A DNA stretch of 64,000 nucleotides from Candidatus Latescibacterota bacterium (GTDB lineage: Bacteria > Latescibacterota > UBA2968 > UBA8231): positions 1-64,000 of the forward strand of contig CBDCDC010000001.1 of the NCBI GenBank assembly GCA_965215195.1, given 5' to 3'. This document shows positions 1 to 10,388 of the stretch, one piece after another. The position numbers were made by a program, and so were the translations under genes. A model generated the notes under the pieces. It was not told the origin of the DNA, ran no database searches, and was given only the letters and a program-made list of their open reading frames with translations. Position 1 is the stretch's first letter. Each line of letters opens with the position of its first letter.

Positions 1-1441
1 CCCACAGTGCTTCCGGCGGCATGGCCAGCGGGGGGGCCATCACCTGCCGCTGGGGCACGTACCCCGCCGAGGCTTTCCCGCCGCTGGCGAATGTACTGCA
101 TTTCCGGGCTGTCGTCCGCGGGCCGGTAGAAAGGTGCTGCCCGCGACCTCGTCGTCCGAGATGGGAATGCCGAAGCGGGTGCGGAAAAGGCGGATTTCGT
201 CCTCGTTGAGCTTTTTTTTGCTGGTGGGTGATGTTTTTTGCCCTCGCCGGCCTCGCCCATGCCATAGCCCTTGATGGTCTTGGCGAGGATGACGGTGGGT
301 GCGCTCTGGTGGGCGATGGCTTGCTGGTAAGGCCGCATAGACCTTTTCTGGATCGTGGCCGCCGCGCCGCATTTTCTGGAGTTGTTCGTCCGAGTAGTGC
401 TCGACCATCGCGGCTAGCTGCGGGTCAGTGCCGAAGAAGTCGTGGCGGATGTAACTGCCATCGGAGACCGAGTACTTCTGGTACTGGCCATCGACGACCT
501 CGTGCATGCGCTGGGCCAAGCGGCCCTCGGCGTCCTGTTCCAAGAGCGGATCCCAGTCGTCGCCCCAGATGCACCTTGACGACGTTCCAGCCGGCGCCGC
601 GGAAGACCGCTTCGAGCTCCTGTATTATTTTTCCATTGCCGCGCACCGGGCCGTCGAGGCGCTGTAGGTTGCAGTTGACGACCCAGATGAGGTTGTTGAG
701 CTGTTCGCGCGCAGCGAGGGTGAGCGCGCCCAAGCTCTCGGGCTCGTCGCACTCGCCATCGCCCAAAAAGGCCCACACCTTGCTGTCGTCAACGGGCTTG
801 AGCCCGCGATTTTCGAGGTAGCGGTTGAAGCGGGCCTGATAGATCGAAAGGATTGGCCCCAGCCCCATGGACACAGTAGCGAACTGCCAAAAGTCCGGCA
901 TCAGCCAGGGGTGCGGATAGGAGGCGAGGCCGCCGCCTTGTTGCAACTCGCGGCGGAAATTTTTCAACTGGTGCTCGCTGAGACGCCCCTCGAGAAAGGC
1001 GCGGGCGTACATGCCGGGGGCGGCGTGCCCTTGAAAGTATATTTGGTCGCCGGCATGGCCGTTGCTGGGGGCGCGGAAAAAGTGATTGTACCCGACCTCG
1101 TAGAGCGTGGCCGAAGAGGCGTAGGTCGAGATGTGGCCGCCGAGGTTGGCGTTGTCGCGATTGGCGCGCACGACCATGGCCATGGCGTTCCAGCGCACGA
1201 TGCTTTTGATCCGCCGCTCGACCTCGCGGCTGCCTGGATAGGGGGGCTGCTGGTCGCGGGCAATGGTGTTGATGTAGGGCGTATTGACGCTGAAGGGCGT
1301 ACCGACGCCGGCTTCTGCGGCGTGGGTTTGGAGCTGCTGCAGGATATTGAGAACCTGCGCGGGCGTCCTATGGGCCAGCACGTAGTCGAGGGATTCGAGC
1401 CACTCGCTCATTTCGGCTTGTAGTTCACGGGCGTTGCTCAT
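1..1441 (-). CDS. aceE: Pyruvate dehydrogenase E1 component, homodimeric type; 5' part only, runs off the window; several single-base insertions in 1-575 break the frame (probably sequencing errors)
   Basis: Motifs [39 protein letters not shown] (ThDP), [22 protein letters not shown]; AceE-like sequence continues in other frames ([30 protein letters not shown]). Confidence 0.93.
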
Positions 1442-1583
1442 AGCTGAAACAATTCCTTTGCGTAAGCCGTTTTATAGGTTGAAAAAAGATAATAAGCACG
1501 TGTTTTCTTGGCAAAAAACCGTTTTGTTACAATCATTTATAGATTGCCACACGCGCTGAGCGGCGCAGAAAGAGAGGCTCCCA

Positions 1584-3338
1584 GTGCATAGACACAAAAC
1601 TGCCTATATCTGTTTGCTGGCGTCGCTGCTTTTGCATCTCACCGCGCTTTACCTAGGGGATTACCTGTGGCGCGACGAGCTGGACGCGGAGACCTTTCGC
1701 GTGCGTCTCGCCCGCATCCCGCCGCAGTTCAAGCCCCGCCGCCTGAGTCCCCTGCCCCGCTTAGACCTAGAGGCGTTGAACGTGGAGATGGAGTATCTGC
1801 GGGCCGACCAGCCGGCTGTGGATGTCCGCGACCCCAATCTAGAGAGCGAGGCGATTCCACCCGCGATAGAGGCCCCGACGGCCCCCTTGGCCCTGCGCGA
1901 GACAGCCAGCGGTGCAAAGGAAGATGCGCCAATTTTGGAGCGCGAAAAGATGATCTCGCCCTCGTCGTTGGGCTTGGCCGATAGCGTGGGCATTGCCTCC
2001 ATGGATCTCTTGCGGCTGGAGGACATGGCCCGCGCCAACAAGGACCACGCCGCCGTCATCCCCAGTCGGGCGACTCGCCGCGACTTGGCCGGCTACGTGA
2101 ACTTCACCCAGTTGCGCGTCTATGGGGCCGGCTCGGGGCGCGGTGCGCTCGACGCCCTGAGCCGCTACCTGCGCGACCACACCCACCTGCTGGCGCGGGT
2201 GCGGGACAAGACCTACGAGTACTTCCTGTCCGAGCAACTGCTCAAAGACCCCGTTCACTTCCTCTTCCAAGACACTTTGTCTGCCTACGACGAGAGCGTC
2301 CTGACCAAGTTTAGCCCGGAGGAGAAGGCGCTGTTGGGCCGCTATCTGCGCGCGGGCGGCTTCCTGTTTATCGAGGGCGGCAACCGCTATTTGCGCGAAA
2401 TGACCGAGCACCTGCGCGATATCTTGGGGTCTGAGGTGCGCTTTGCGCCCATCCCAACTTCGCATCCGATATATCACTCCTTTTACGAGTTCGGCGGCGG
2501 CTTCCCCGGAGAGGACAAATCGCGCATCGTGGACGTGGGGGACAACCGCTCTTGGTATTATCCAATCAACAATCGAGACGATCTTTTGGCCTTGCAGCAA
2601 GCACAAGCAGCCACTTTCTCCGGGGCTAGCGCTGGGGGCGAGGGGTTGCCGCCGCCAGAGGGGCTGTGGGGAGTCGAGATGGACGGCGAACTGGTGGCCG
2701 TGCTCAGCGACTTGATGTTGGGGGGGATTTGGCTGGGCAGCTTCAACACTGAAGAAGAAAACACACAGCCGACGACGTACGCGCTGATGGCCGGGACCAA
2801 CATCTTGGTGTATGCCCTGACGCGCAAAAGTGGCATGACGCCCCAGTTGCCGCCGCCCGCTTGGATGCCGGGTCAAAGGCCCGTGGCCGCCCTGCAAGAG
2901 CCACCGCTAGCCGAGCTAGTCGGCGACGAGGAAGCCCTGTTCGACGATCTAGACGCTTGGCTGGCCTTGGTGTTGGCTCCTATCGGCAGCGAGATCACAG
3001 AGGATCTCACGGTGCGCTTGGACGGCCGCTACTCGCTCGAATTGCTCAAGCGCGGCTATCAGGGGCTGCTCTTCCACAATCTGCCCGCCGGCGCACACTG
3101 GGTCGAGTTGAACTATGGAGGGCAGACCCAACAGCTAGAGGTCGATCTGAAGGGGGGCGAGGTCACCACGCTGACGTTCGCGCTCAATCGCTTTGCCTTT
3201 GTGGTGCGGCTGCGGATGCAGGAGCAGGAGGGGCGGGCCGATTGGCAGCGCTGGTCTGCGGCCTTTGCCGACTTGGAGGTCGAGGAGATTTACTTGGCCG
3301 CAGACCGCGAGTGGTTGGAAGGCGGAGACGCTCCCTAA
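1584..3338 (+). CDS. Membrane-anchored protein with a DUF4159-like domain
   Basis: N-terminal TM (SLLLHL), Pro-rich spacer, then LGRYLRAGGFLFIEG / PIPTSHPIYHSFYEF / GTNILVYALT typical of DUF4159; AGAGAGG upstream of GTG. Confidence 0.65.
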   Translation: MHRHKTAYICLLASLLLHLTALYLGDYLWRDELDAETFRVRLARIPPQFKPRRLSPLPRLDLEALNVEMEYLRADQPAVDVRDPNLESEAIPPAIEAPTAPLALRETASGAKEDAPILEREKMISPSSLGLADSVGIASMDLLRLEDMARANKDHAAVIPSRATRRDLAGYVNFTQLRVYGAGSGRGALDALSRYLRDHTHLLARVRDKTYEYFLSEQLLKDPVHFLFQDTLSAYDESVLTKFSPEEKALLGRYLRAGGFLFIEGGNRYLREMTEHLRDILGSEVRFAPIPTSHPIYHSFYEFGGGFPGEDKSRIVDVGDNRSWYYPINNRDDLLALQQAQAATFSGASAGGEGLPPPEGLWGVEMDGELVAVLSDLMLGGIWLGSFNTEEENTQPTTYALMAGTNILVYALTRKSGMTPQLPPPAWMPGQRPVAALQEPPLAELVGDEEALFDDLDAWLALVLAPIGSEITEDLTVRLDGRYSLELLKRGYQGLLFHNLPAGAHWVELNYGGQTQQLEVDLKGGEVTTLTFALNRFAFVVRLRMQEQEGRADWQRWSAAFADLEVEEIYLAADREWLEGGDAP

Positions 3339-3342
3339 AGCC

Positions 3343-4866
3343 CTACTTATACCGCTTCATCTGACCGCTTTGCAGCCGGCCCCAGTACTCTTGTAGGCAC
3401 GCCTTGATCTGCGGGCTGAGGATGACGCCGCCGATGATGTTGGGGAAGGCCATGCCCAAAATCATCATGTCGGAAAAGCCGAGCACGTTGTTGAGGGCGG
3501 TGACCGATCCGACGAAGACAAAGCAGACGAAAATGACGCGAAAGACAATGGTCGTCCGGGTGCCAAAGAGGTATTCCCAAGCGCGCTCGCCGTAATACGA
3601 CCAAGAGATCATGGTCGAGTAGGCAAAGAGCATGACCGCCAGGGCGAGGACGTAGCGCGAGCCGGGAATAAAGGACTCAAAGGCCGCGGCCGTCATTTTG
3701 ACGCCGACGATAGAACCTTCGCTGGCTTGGAATTGGGGATCGGCATAGACGCCGGTAATCATGCAGACCAGACCCGTCATCAAGCATATAATAATGGTAT
3801 CTATGAACGGGCCGATCATGGCCACCATGCCCTCGCGGGCCGGCTCGTCGGTCTTGGCGGCGGCGTGGGCAAAAGCGGCCGAGCCAAGCCCGGCTTCATT
3901 GGAGAAGGCGGCGCGTCTGACGCCCATGACCAAGACGTACAAAAAGCCGCCGCCCACGGCTTGGGGCGAAAATGCCTGATCGATAATGTTGAAAATCATG
4001 GCCGGCACGTCGGTGATATGGGAGAGAATGATCAGTATGCAGGTTGCGACGTAGAGCAAGCACATGAAGGGCACGATGCGCGAGGTCACCCGGCCAATGC
4101 GGCGAATGCCACCGATGATGACCACGGCCACGAATGCGGCGAAGAGAATCCCCATCAGCCAGTTGTACTCTTGGAAAAAGGGCGAGACCGTGCCGAGAAT
4201 TTCCAAGGTCTGGTTGGCTTGGAACATATTGCCCCCGCCCAAGCTGCCGCCGACGGTGAGCACGGCAAAGAAGACGGCTAGGGTGCGGCCAAATTCCTTC
4301 AGTCCCTTGGCTTCGAGGCCGCGTTCGAGATAGTACATCGGGCCGCCGGAGACGCGGCCATCGGGGTGAATTTTGCGGTGCATGACGGCGAGGGTACACG
4401 AAGCTAACTTGGAAGCCATGCCGAAAAAGGCCGCAATGATCATCCAGAAGATCGCCCCAGGCCCGCCGAGGCTCACGGCAATGGCCACGCCGGCGATATT
4501 GCCCAGCCCAACGGTAGCCGAAAGGGCGCTGGTAAGGGCTTGGAAGTGGGAGACCTCCCCGGGATCGTCTGGGTTGTCGTAGTGCCCGCGGATGACGTCG
4601 ATGGAGTGCCGGAGGCCGCGCAGGCTGATCCAGCCAAAGAAGAAGCTGTAGTAAATGCCGCCGGCGAGCAGAATGGCGACGATGGGGACGCCAGCGACGC
4701 CGGTGCCAAGTTCGGCAAACAGGACGAGGGCGAGGACTTCGACAATGGCCCCAAACGCAGCATCCAAACCGGCGATGTGGTCTTGGATCCAGCTTTGTTC
4801 GGCGTCTTGAGCTAGGGTGGGAATGGCAAGGGCGAGCGTAAGCACTAGAATATAAAGTAAGCGCAT
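3343..4866 (-). CDS. Alanine/glycine:cation symporter (AGCS family); start approximate
   Basis: SHFQALTSALSATVGLGNIAGVAIA, GGPGAIFWM, GGPMYY, RRAAFSNEAGLGS. Confidence 0.93.
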   Translation of the reverse strand: MRLLYILVLTLALAIPTLAQDAEQSWIQDHIAGLDAAFGAIVEVLALVLFAELGTGVAGVPIVAILLAGGIYYSFFFGWISLRGLRHSIDVIRGHYDNPDDPGEVSHFQALTSALSATVGLGNIAGVAIAVSLGGPGAIFWMIIAAFFGMASKLASCTLAVMHRKIHPDGRVSGGPMYYLERGLEAKGLKEFGRTLAVFFAVLTVGGSLGGGNMFQANQTLEILGTVSPFFQEYNWLMGILFAAFVAVVIIGGIRRIGRVTSRIVPFMCLLYVATCILIILSHITDVPAMIFNIIDQAFSPQAVGGGFLYVLVMGVRRAAFSNEAGLGSAAFAHAAAKTDEPAREGMVAMIGPFIDTIIICLMTGLVCMITGVYADPQFQASEGSIVGVKMTAAAFESFIPGSRYVLALAVMLFAYSTMISWSYYGERAWEYLFGTRTTIVFRVIFVCFVFVGSVTALNNVLGFSDMMILGMAFPNIIGGVILSPQIKACLQEYWGRLQSGQMKRYK

Positions 4867-4887
4867 GGAAAATTTCCTCTCCAAAGA

Positions 4888-5784
4888 TCAGTGATTCTGC
4901 TCGTTATCGCGGAGCAGTTTATCTAGTTGAGCGCGTTTTTCCGGGGCCATGTGCGCTGCGTTTTCGGCCGTGGGGAAGCGGCCTTCGGCGACTTCGCGGC
5001 AATACGTTCTGAACATTTCGATCCAGTCTCGGCGCGCTTGGCCGTAGGCTTTGGTCAGGATCAGGTCTTCCGAGTTGAGGCCGACGAGGTCGTGGACGAT
5101 CAGCACTTGGCCGTCGCAATAGCGGCCGGCGCCGATGCCGACGACCGGAATTTTGAGCCGCTCGGCAACAGCTCGGGCCGCTTCTTCGGTGACTAGTTCG
5201 AGGACTAGGGCACACGCGCCGGCATCCTCCAAGCACCGGGCTTGCTCGACGAGGGCTTTGGCCCCCTTCGGCCCCTTGCCGTGAAATTTGGGCACAGTGC
5301 CGCGCCGGTCGCTGAACAAGTAGAATTCGCGGGCCTGGGACTGCGGGGTAAATCCGAGGTGGCCGACGACCGGAATGCCGGCTTCGACGATGGCTTTTAG
5401 CTGGGGCAAGACCGGCAGGCCGCCCTCTAATTTGACGCCTTCGGCCCCGCCTTCCTGCACCAAGCGCCCGGCGTTTTTGACCGCGGTCGCAACCGACGGC
5501 TGAAAGGACATGAAGGGCAGGTCGGCGAGGAGAAAGGCCCGGCGCACCGCCCGGCGCACCGCCCGCAGGTGGTGGAGGATGTCGTCCATGGTCACCTGCT
5601 GGGGGCCGCGATAGCCCAAGACGTTGGTCCCTACCGAGTCGCCGACCAAGATCACGTCGAGGCCAGCTTCGTCCTGCAGCGCGGCCGTGGGGTAGTCGTA
5701 GGCCGTCAACATGCAGATCTTCTGGCCCCGCTCCTTTTTGGACTGGAGCGAAGAAACAGTGATTTTATTGGTCGTCGGCACCAT
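4888..5784 (-). CDS. panB: 3-methyl-2-oxobutanoate hydroxymethyltransferase
   Basis: MLTAYDY, ILVGDS, ADLPFMS, GVKLEGG, GHLGFTPQS, GIGAG..CDGQVLI. Confidence 0.95.
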   Translation of the reverse strand: MVPTTNKITVSSLQSKKERGQKICMLTAYDYPTAALQDEAGLDVILVGDSVGTNVLGYRGPQQVTMDDILHHLRAVRRAVRRAFLLADLPFMSFQPSVATAVKNAGRLVQEGGAEGVKLEGGLPVLPQLKAIVEAGIPVVGHLGFTPQSQAREFYLFSDRRGTVPKFHGKGPKGAKALVEQARCLEDAGACALVLELVTEEAARAVAERLKIPVVGIGAGRYCDGQVLIVHDLVGLNSEDLILTKAYGQARRDWIEMFRTYCREVAEGRFPTAENAAHMAPEKRAQLDKLLRDNEQNH

Positions 5785-5895
5785 GGCAGCGGAAGGACAA
5801 GTTCAAGGCGATAGTATAGAGCGGCGTACCTTGTGGGGCAAGCCTGTAGGCGGCTTACCTTGCCCGTGTGAATCATTTGCCACAGCTTCACCTTT

Positions 5896-7062
5896 ATGCA
5901 GGCGAAATTCGATTTTATTCGCGCCGAATTGGCGCGGCGGCAGCAGGCCGGGCAGATGCGGTCTTTGCGCACCTATGAGCCGTGCGGCAACGCGCGAGTT
6001 CGCGCCCATGGCCGCACCTTGGTCAATTTTAGCTCCAACGACTATCTCGGCTTGGCCTCGCACCCGCTCTTGCAGGCGCGGGCCATTGAATTCGTCGAGC
6101 GCTACGGGGCTGGCGCCACGGCCGCGCGCTTGGTTTGCGGCTCTCAGCCGGGCTTTGCACAAGTGGAGCAGACCTTGGCTAGGCTCAAGCAGGCCGCGCG
6201 GGCACTGGTGCTCAATTCCGGCTATCAGGCCAATGTGTCGCTGCTGCCGACGCTGGTCGATCGGCGCGCCCTCATCCTGCTCGACCGGCTCTGCCACAAT
6301 AGCTGGGTCCAAGGGGCGCTCTTGGGGCGCTGTCGGATGCGGCGCTACCGCCACGGCGACTTGGATCACCTGCGCACCCTGCTGGCGGAAAGCACCGGGG
6401 CCGCGCACTCGCGTCGGGTGATTGTCACCGAATCGGTGTTTAGCATGGACGGCGACGTCAGCGACATCGACGCGCTCGTGGAGTTGGCCGGGGAATTCGA
6501 CGCGCTACTGGCCATCGACGAAGCGCACGCCACGGGCGTTTTGGGCGAGCGGGGGATGGGGCTAACGTGCGGCAAGGCCGTGGACGTCTGCGTCGGCACG
6601 TTTGGCAAGGCCCTCGGGTCCTTTGGGGCGTACGTGGCCTGCGGCGAGGATCTGTGGGAATACTTGGTCAATTGCTGCGCGGGGTTCATTTATACGACCG
6701 CGCTTCCGCCAGCCGTCTTGGGCGCGGTGGATGCGGCGCTAGAGCTGGTGCCGCAAATGGACGCCCAGCGCCGAGCGCTGCTCGCCCATGCCGCATACTT
6801 GCGCGGCGCACTCCGGGCGCAAGGCTGGGACACCGGCGCGGCGACCGCGCAAATCGTGCCGCTGATGGTGGGCGCAGAGGGCGAAGTGCTGGCCCTGAAC
6901 GCCTATCTAGAGGAAAACGGCGTTCTAGCCGCGGCCATTCGCCCGCCCGCGGTTGAGCCGGGCCGGGCGCGGATTCGCTTGGCGCTCAGCGCCCGGCACC
7001 AGCACAGCGACCTCGACATGCTGATCGAACTGCTACGGCGGTGGCGCGATGGCCGGCGTTGA
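5896..7062 (+). CDS. bioF: 8-amino-7-oxononanoate synthase
   Basis: NFSSNDYLGL, SGYQAN, ESVFSMDGD, DEAHATG, GTFGKALG (PLP Lys), AIRPP. Confidence 0.95.
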   Translation: MQAKFDFIRAELARRQQAGQMRSLRTYEPCGNARVRAHGRTLVNFSSNDYLGLASHPLLQARAIEFVERYGAGATAARLVCGSQPGFAQVEQTLARLKQAARALVLNSGYQANVSLLPTLVDRRALILLDRLCHNSWVQGALLGRCRMRRYRHGDLDHLRTLLAESTGAAHSRRVIVTESVFSMDGDVSDIDALVELAGEFDALLAIDEAHATGVLGERGMGLTCGKAVDVCVGTFGKALGSFGAYVACGEDLWEYLVNCCAGFIYTTALPPAVLGAVDAALELVPQMDAQRRALLAHAAYLRGALRAQGWDTGAATAQIVPLMVGAEGEVLALNAYLEENGVLAAAIRPPAVEPGRARIRLALSARHQHSDLDMLIELLRRWRDGRR

Positions 7063-7711
7063 CGTGGTGGCCCAACACGGGTGGGGCTTTGGCGCTTGGT
7101 GCTGGGACCGCTGGCGCGACGCCTTGCCCGCCGGCTTTGCCCTGCACTGCCCAGATCGAGGGTATTTTGGCCCAGCCGTGGCGGTCGCGGCCCGGCCGCG
7201 CATCGTCTTGGCGCACTCCCTTGGCTTGCACTTGTTGTCATCGCAGCTGTGTGCGACGGCCGAATTGATCGTGGTCATCAGCGGATTTCGCAGCTTTCAC
7301 GCCTCGTGCGCCCGCCAGGCCCGGCGCTCGCGCCGCACAGTAGAGCAAATGCTCGTGCGCTTGGAGCGCGAACCAGCGGCCTTGTTGGCCGATTTTTACG
7401 CCCGTTGTGGCGCACCGCCAGACAGGTGCTGGCCTAGGGCCGTTGACGTGGGCGGCCTGCGCCGCGATTTGCAACTGTTGCAAGAGAGTGCGCTGGAACT
7501 ATCCGCGATTCCGGTCGCCGCACAGGTGCTCATTTTGCACGGCAGCCGCGACCGGGTGGTGCCCGTGGAGCGGGCCGAGGAGCTGGGCGAGATGCTGCCC
7601 AACAGCGCGCTGGCCATCGTCGCCGAGGCAGGCCACGCCCTGCCCCTGACGCATCCCTATGCGTGTTGGGAGCGGGTTGAACGGGCTTGGCGCGGGATGC
7701 GGCCTGTATGA
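7049..7711 (+). CDS. Alpha/beta hydrolase, probable pimeloyl-ACP methyl ester esterase (BioH-like)
   Basis: HGWG oxyanion motif, AHSLG nucleophile, HGSRDRVVP, GHALP; located between bioF and bioC. Confidence 0.75.
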   Translation: MAGVDVVAQHGWGFGAWCWDRWRDALPAGFALHCPDRGYFGPAVAVAARPRIVLAHSLGLHLLSSQLCATAELIVVISGFRSFHASCARQARRSRRTVEQMLVRLEREPAALLADFYARCGAPPDRCWPRAVDVGGLRRDLQLLQESALELSAIPVAAQVLILHGSRDRVVPVERAEELGEMLPNSALAIVAEAGHALPLTHPYACWERVERAWRGMRPV

Positions 7712-8514
7712 CGGAAGCGAGTTTCAAAGCGCGCGTCGTCGAGAATTTTTCCCGCAGCGCCTCAACGTACGACCGCCACGCCGAGGCGCAGTGCGCTAGT
7801 GCCGCCACTTTGGCCCAATGCGCGGCCGAGTGCGCCGGAAATTTAGTAGAAGGCCCGGTGCTCGAAATCGGGTGCGGCACGGGCTTTTTGAGCGCGTCCT
7901 TGGCCGCGCTCTTCCCCGAGCGGCGTTTGGAGTTGACCGACCTTGCGCCGGCCATGGTCGCGCATTGTCGGCAAAAAATGGCCGCCGAGGCCGCCCATCC
8001 ACACATCTGCTACCGGGTCTTGGACGGGGAGCAGCTAGCAAGCGCGGGATGCTACGCCTTGATCTGCGCCAGCTTTGTGGTTCACTGGTTCGCCGATTTG
8101 CGCGCCGGGCTACAGCAGCTACTGGCCGCGCTCAAACCCGGCGGGCAATTGCTCTGCTCCTATCCGGGGGCGGGTTCATACGCCGAATGGCAGCGCCAAT
8201 GTGTGCGCCAAGGCGTCCCCTACAGCGCCAATGCCTTGCCCGACTTAGCGTCCGTGGCCCGCGCATTCGCCGCCCAGCCGGTCGCAGTGCGCCAATGGGA
8301 ACAGGTGCTCGCGCTGCGCTTTCCAACCGCGTGCGCCTTTTTGCGCCACCTCAAGCGCACGGGTGCCCACACGCCGACGCGGCTTTTTGCCCTCGGCCCA
8401 GCGCAATTGCGCCGGCTCTTGCGCGGCTGGGACCGCGACTGCCCCAACGGCGTGGAGATTACATGCGTTGTTCATTACTTAGTTGTCGAGAAAGCGGGAG
8501 GCCGTGGCGGCTGA
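7708..8514 (+). CDS. bioC: Malonyl-ACP O-methyltransferase
   Basis: FSRSASTYDRHAEAQ, VLEIGCGTG SAM motif; ATGA overlap with upstream gene; bio operon context. Confidence 0.88.
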   Translation: MTEASFKARVVENFSRSASTYDRHAEAQCASAATLAQCAAECAGNLVEGPVLEIGCGTGFLSASLAALFPERRLELTDLAPAMVAHCRQKMAAEAAHPHICYRVLDGEQLASAGCYALICASFVVHWFADLRAGLQQLLAALKPGGQLLCSYPGAGSYAEWQRQCVRQGVPYSANALPDLASVARAFAAQPVAVRQWEQVLALRFPTACAFLRHLKRTGAHTPTRLFALGPAQLRRLLRGWDRDCPNGVEITCVVHYLVVEKAGGRGG

Positions 8515-9127
8515 ACTTCCCTCGCGCTTGTTTGTCACCGGTACGGATACGGGCGTTGGCAAGTCCTATGTCGCGGCCCTGCTGGCCGCCGGGCTGGAGG
8601 CTGCCTATTGGAAGCCCGTGCAAAGCGGGGCCGATGCAGACGCCGATTGGGTGCGGCGCGTCGCCGGCCTGCCGGCCGAGCGCGTCCTGCCGGAGACCTA
8701 CCGCTTGTGCGCACCCCTGTCGCCGCACGAGGCGGCCCGACGCGAGGGGGTGCAGATCGAGATGAGCCGCTTCGCGCTGCCCCAGCGGAAGCGCTTGATC
8801 GTCGAAGGGGCCGGCGGGGTTATGGTCCCGCTCAACGGCCGGCACCTGATGGTCGATCTGATGGTTGCTCTGGCCCTGCCGGTGCTGGTAGTGGCGCGCA
8901 GCGAATTGGGCACCATCAATCACACCCTATTGACGCTGGACCAATTGCGCCGCCGCGATTGCCCGCTCTTGGGCGTAGTGGTCAATGGCCCCCCCAACCC
9001 AGCCAACTGCCGAGCTATTGCCCACTACGGGGAGGTGCCGGTGCTGGCCGCAATCGACCGCCGGGTAGAGCTGTCGCCGGCCAAGGTCCGGGCACTCTTT
9101 GCCCGCTATTTTGGCGGCCGTGGCTGA
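8504..9127 (+). CDS. bioD: Dethiobiotin synthase
   Basis: FVTGTDTGVGKS, YWKPVQSG, VEGAGG, LGTINHT; GGAGG before GTG 8504. Confidence 0.95.
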   Translation: MAAELPSRLFVTGTDTGVGKSYVAALLAAGLEAAYWKPVQSGADADADWVRRVAGLPAERVLPETYRLCAPLSPHEAARREGVQIEMSRFALPQRKRLIVEGAGGVMVPLNGRHLMVDLMVALALPVLVVARSELGTINHTLLTLDQLRRRDCPLLGVVVNGPPNPANCRAIAHYGEVPVLAAIDRRVELSPAKVRALFARYFGGRG

Positions 9128-10388
9128 GCGCGTTGCTTCCCACGTGTGGTCGCCTTTTACCCAAATGAAGGCGACGCGGGCGGTGCAGCAGGTGCGCGCG
9201 GGTCGCGGGGCCGTGCTGGAGCTGGAGGATGGGCGGCAGATACTCGACTGCATTTCGAGCTGGTGGGTGACCTTGCACGGCCACGGCCAGCCCGAAATCG
9301 CCGCGGCCTTGGCCGAGCAGGCCAAAGAGCTGGAACAGGTAATAGCGGCCGGGTTTACCCATCGCCCGGCCGAAGAGCTGGCCCGGCGGCTGGTGGAGGC
9401 CTTGCCGGCGCCGCTAAAGTGGGTGTTCTACTCGGACGACGGCTCAACGGCCGTGGAAGTGGCGCTCAAGCTGGCCTATCAGTTTTGGCGCAACAAGGGC
9501 GAGTGCAATCGCACGCGCTTTCTGCGCTTGGAAGGGGCCTATCACGGCGATACGTTCGGGGCGATGTCGGTGGGGGAACGCTCGCTTTTTACGCGCCCTT
9601 TTGCCGACTTGCTCTTTCCGACCGACGCCGTGCCCTTTCCGGCCACTTGGGAGGGCGATGGGGAGGTAGAGGCCAAAGAGGCGCGGGCACTTGCGCGACT
9701 GGAGGAACTGTTGGCACGCCGTCCTGGCCAGTACGCGGCCATGATACTCGAGCCGCTGGTGCAGGGCGCTGGGGGCATGCGAATGTGCCGCCCGCACTTT
9801 CTCGCGGCCGTGCAGGCGCTTTTGCGCCAATGCGACGTGTTGGCCATCTACGACGAGGTGCTGACCGGGTTTGGGCGCACTGGGGCGCTCTTCGCCTGTG
9901 AGAAAGCCGCGACCCAACCCGATATCATCTGCTTGGCCAAGGGACTGACCGGCGGCTTTTTGCCCATGGCAGCCACTGTTTGCAGCGAGCGGGTTTTCTC
10001 GGCCTTCTATTGCGACGACCCGGCTAAAGCCTTCTATCACGGGCACTCCTATACGGCCAATCCTCTGGGGTGCGCGGCTGCGCTGGCTTCGCTGGATCTG
10101 CTCGCTGACAAGCCCTTCCGCCGCCTAGCGGCTTGGCAGCGCGAGGAAGCGGTGCGCCTGCGCGGGCACCAGCGACTCCGGCGGGTGCGAGTGTGCGGTA
10201 CGATTGTGGCGGCGGACGTGGTAGCCGAGGGCGAGGTGGGGCCGCTGCTGAGGGAGCGATTTTTGGCGCGGGGATTCATGCTGCGGCCGCTGGGCAATAG
10301 CGTGTACGTGCTGCCGCCCTACTGCATTGAGCGGCCTCAGCTAGCCTCGATCTACGACTGCTTCTGCGAGCTGATCGACGCGCTCTGA
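9120..10388 (+). CDS. bioA: Adenosylmethionine-8-amino-7-oxononanoate aminotransferase
   Basis: WSPFTQM, SSWWVTLHGH, DDGSTAVEVALK, YHGDTFGAMS, DEVLTGFGRTG, AKGLTGG, HGHSYTANP. Confidence 0.95.
   Translation: MAERVASHVWSPFTQMKATRAVQQVRAGRGAVLELEDGRQILDCISSWWVTLHGHGQPEIAAALAEQAKELEQVIAAGFTHRPAEELARRLVEALPAPLKWVFYSDDGSTAVEVALKLAYQFWRNKGECNRTRFLRLEGAYHGDTFGAMSVGERSLFTRPFADLLFPTDAVPFPATWEGDGEVEAKEARALARLEELLARRPGQYAAMILEPLVQGAGGMRMCRPHFLAAVQALLRQCDVLAIYDEVLTGFGRTGALFACEKAATQPDIICLAKGLTGGFLPMAATVCSERVFSAFYCDDPAKAFYHGHSYTANPLGCAAALASLDLLADKPFRRLAAWQREEAVRLRGHQRLRRVRVCGTIVAADVVAEGEVGPLLRERFLARGFMLRPLGNSVYVLPPYCIERPQLASIYDCFCELIDAL

Noticed and set aside
1-575. aceE as a pseudogene or programmed-frameshift gene
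   Set aside because: At least four single-base insertions (~571, ~330, ~235, ~215), some in homopolymers, all clustered at the window edge while the rest of the window is clean. This is best explained as low-coverage long-read consensus error; read mapping would settle it.
5538-5565. 12-bp tandem repeat in panB
   Set aside because: Only ~2 in-frame copies (RAVRRAVRRA); no evidence of phase variation.
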